DNA of 63,123 nt, the filler included, from Chiloscyllium plagiosum (lineage: Eukaryota): the NCBI RefSeq assembly GCF_004010195.1. It is 6 parts of one record of this genome, joined end to end, with 100 filler letters (N's around TTAATTAATTAA, not from the genome) between each part and the next. Parts side by side here need not be neighbours in the genome. Positions count along the whole stretch, not along the records: positions 50,676 to 63,123 come from NC_057717.1; 5 more parts are not named here. The stretch is one strand, 5' to 3'. Below, piece by piece: positions 60,262 to 63,123 of this stretch (position 1 is its first letter; every line of letters begins with the position of its first letter). The notes beneath the pieces are model-generated. The model saw only the letters and a program-made list of their open reading frames with translations. It did no database searches and had not been told where the DNA came from. The position numbers and the translations under genes were made by a program.

Positions 60262-61605
60262 GTAAAAACAATGACTGCAGATGTTTGAAACCAGAGTCTG
60301 GATTAGAGGTGCTGGAAGAGCACAGCAGTTCAGACAGCATCCGAGGAGCAGTAAAATCGACGTTTCGAGCAAAAGCCATTTATCAGGAATACAGACAAAG
60401 AGCCTGAAGTGTGGAGAGATAAGTGAGAGGAAGATGGGGGTGGGGAGAAAGTAGAATAGAGTACAATAGGTGAGTGGGGGAGGGGATATAGGTGATAAGT
60501 CGGGGGAGACTGGAGTGGATAGGTGGAAAAGAACATAGGCAGGTGGGACATGTCATCGGGACAGTGCTGAGCTGGACGTTTGGAACTGGGGGGAGATGGG
60601 GGAAGGGGAAATGAGGAAACTGTTGAAGTCTACATTGATGTCTTGGGGTGAAAGCGTTCCGAGGCTGAAGATGAGGCGATCTTCCTCTAGGCGTCTGGTG
60701 GTGAAGGAGGCCAAGAACCTCCATGTCCTCGGCAGAGTGGGAGGGAATGTTGAAATATTGGGCCACAGGGCGGCATGGTTGATTGGTGTGGGCGTCCCAG
60801 AGATATTCACTGAAGCGCTCTGCTAGGAGGCGTCCAGTCTCCCCAATGTAGAGGTGACCGCATCTTGAGCCTTGGATGGCGATGAGGGAGGAGGTGTAGC
60901 CGCAGGTTTTGCAATTCCTGCGGTGACACGGGAAGGTGCCAGGATGGGAAGGTGGATTGTAGGGGGGCGTGGACCTGACCAGGTAGTCACGGAGAGAACG
61001 GTCTTTGCGGAAGGCGGACAGAGGTGGGGAGGGAAAAATATACCTGGTGGTGGGGTCCGTTTGGAAGTTGTGGAAATGTTGGCGGATGGTTTGGTTCATG
61101 CAAAGTTTGTTAGGTTGAAAGGTGAGCACCATGGGCGTTCTGTCCTTGTTAGAGTTGGAGGGGTGGGGTCTGAGGGTGGAGGTGCGGGATGTGGACGAGA
61201 TGAGTTGGAGGTCATCTTTAACCACGTGGGAAGGTAAATGGCATTCTCTAAAGAAGGAGGCCACCTGGTGTGTCCTCTGGTGGAACTGGTCCTCCTGAGA
61301 GGCAGTGGAATTGGGAATACGGGATGGCATTTTTGCAGGAGGTAAGGTGAGAAGAGGTGTAATCCAGGTAGCTGTGGGAGTCGGTTGGTTTGTAAAAAAT
61401 ATCGGTGTCAAGTCGGTCGTCGTTAATGGAAATGGAACGGTCCAGGAAGGGGAGGGAGGTGTCAGAGGTGGTGCAGATAAATTTAAGGTCAGGGTAGAAT
61501 GTGTTGGCGAAGTTGATGAATTGCTCAACCTCCTCGCGGGAGCACGAGTTGGCGCAAATGCAGTCATCAATATAGCAGAGAAAGAGGTGGGGAGTGGTGC
61601 CGGTG
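60262..61605 (-). mobile_element. Penelope-like element, 5'-truncated: RT core to GIY-YIG endonuclease plus terminal repeat, nested in CR1
   Basis: YIDD at 61574-61563; FYKPTDSHSYLDYTSSH; GTFPCHRRNCKTC; CGHLYIGETGR.LAERF; core ctgataaatggcttttgctcgaaacgtc. Confidence 0.92.
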
Positions 61606-61629
61606 TTTTTGATGACTGTGGATTGTTAA

Positions 61630-61855
61630 TCTACCTTTAACGTTTCAAGACATCCAGCACTTCCTCCTCTGTAATCTGCACATTTTTCAAGATGTCACCA
61701 TCTATTTCCCTACAGTTATATCTTCCATATCATTTTCCACAGCAAATACTGATGCAAAATATTCATTTCGTATCCCCCCTCCTCCACTTTCTGTGGCTCC
61801 ACACAAAGGCCGCCTTGCTGATCTTTGAGGGGCCCTTTTCTCTCCCTAGTTATAT
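61630..61855 (-). mobile_element. Upstream continuation of the CR1 at 58676-60258
   Basis: ctacctttaacgtttcaagacatccagcacttcctcctctgtaat resumes where ...gggatttat breaks at 60258. Confidence 0.85.
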
Positions 61856-62051
61856 GCTTACATTTACAGCATTTAAGTACTTACATATAAGTTGCAGAAT
61901 AAGTGGCGCAAAGGTAGTCCTGCACTTGACAACCTGAGTTAGCAGCTGAATCCGGGAACAGCAGATCACATTGCGAGGTTGCTGGAATGCGTTTCTACTT
62001 TCTTCAGCTTTTTCCTTTGCCATGTATTTTCCTGCAGAGCTTTCCTCACCA

Positions 62052-63123
62052 GAAACGTCGATTCTCCTGTTCCCTGGATGCTGCCTGACCTGCTGCGCTT
62101 TTCCAGCAACACATTTCCAGCTCTGATCTTCAGCATCTGCAGACCTCACTTTCTCCTCAAAGATTTCAACCTACTGCGAATCCTCTTACAAGGATGCCTT
62201 CCTTGAAGAAGCTCTCTTCCTCCCTCTACAAAGACTTCAGTGAGTCCCTCTCTCACTGCACCCCCCAGGTCATCTCCTCTGCACAGAAGCTCTTCAGCCA
62301 CATTCTCAAACAGACTCGCAACCACAGCCACATCTCCTTCCTCAGCACCTGCCGACGGAACCGACTTATCCCGCATGGACTCCGGACTACGTTCCGACCA
62401 ACAAAACTTGGACCCAACCAGGACAACCAGTACCTACAACAAATCCGAAGCCTTCAGCAATGAACCTCCCTCCGGATCCTCCGCTCCACGCTTGCAGCCA
62501 TGCGCCGCTACCTACATTCCCTGCAACTCGACCTACCCCAGCTCAGGACAACACTCTCACAGATCTGCAAAGGACCTCTACTGTTCTTCATCCACAGAAG
62601 GATCCATAAACTAAACAAACAGTTCTTCCTGGCCATATCGGAAATCAAAGACAGTAAGTAACAAAAACTTTCATGTACTTACCCCCACACTCCGGATTCC
62701 TCAACTGTTCCAGAATCTTCCATCGGCCTCCGAAATCAATCTGGCGCCATTACACACGCGGCCGCAACATCGCCCGCGGCAATAGCTGCCGCCGACGACG
62801 ACGATGACGTCACTTCCGCCCCCACCGACCTCGCAGCCTCCGCGATCGCCGCCCAGACAACCGCCTCCGCGATCGCCATGAAGACAATCGCCGGCAGATT
62901 CGCGACCTCCGCGGCTATGGGGAATAACTCTGTCTCTGCGGTCGCCGCAGCCACTTCCGCCCCCACTGACGTCACTAACCTACACGCCCACAACGCCGCA
63001 TGTGTCTCCGCCCCCACGCCGATCTCCACGCCTAACCCCGCCCCACGGCGACTTCCGTCACCACCGCCTAACCCCGCCCCTTCGCCGATCTCCGACTGCA
63101 TGCCTAACCCCGCCCCCACGCCT
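62052..63123 (+). mobile_element. Penelope-like element 5' part: terminal repeat and N-terminal ORF with a Pro/Ala-rich repeat, truncated by the window end
   Basis: Starts gaaacgtcgattctcctg...cagcatctgcagacctcactttctcct; ORF KQTRNHSHISFLSTCRRNRLIPHGL resembles the PLE N-terminal domain; stop at 62461. Confidence 0.8.

Noticed and set aside
62736..63119. Ala/Gly-rich 127-aa minus-strand ORF
   Set aside because: It is the antisense of the Pro/Ala-rich repeat region of the Penelope ORF.

Overview
Eukaryotic, repeat-dominated DNA from a cartilaginous fish. This is inferred from HE1-type SINEs, CR1/HER1-type LINEs and shark-type Penelope ends; a bamboo-shark-like genome is plausible but unconfirmed. 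Five identical 100-bp linkers (44 N + TTAATTAATTAA + 44 N) split the window into six pieces whose adjacency is not proven. Most of the sequence is decayed CR1 LINEs, Penelope-like elements carrying degenerate minimal hammerhead-ribozyme cores, a second LINE family with an apparent tRNA-like head and related SINEs, and several minisatellites. I found no intact host protein-coding gene. Non-TE content is a pseudogenised first exon of a GPR139/GPR142-like GPCR inside a ~2.8-kb tandem duplication, a TMA7-like retro-pseudogene fragment, a probable Harbinger Myb/SANT relic, and eight decayed tRNA genes (53.4-58.6 kb) built from inverted and direct duplications. All family assignments come from eye-level motif recognition, not database searches. 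Coordinates of degenerate repeats are approximate.
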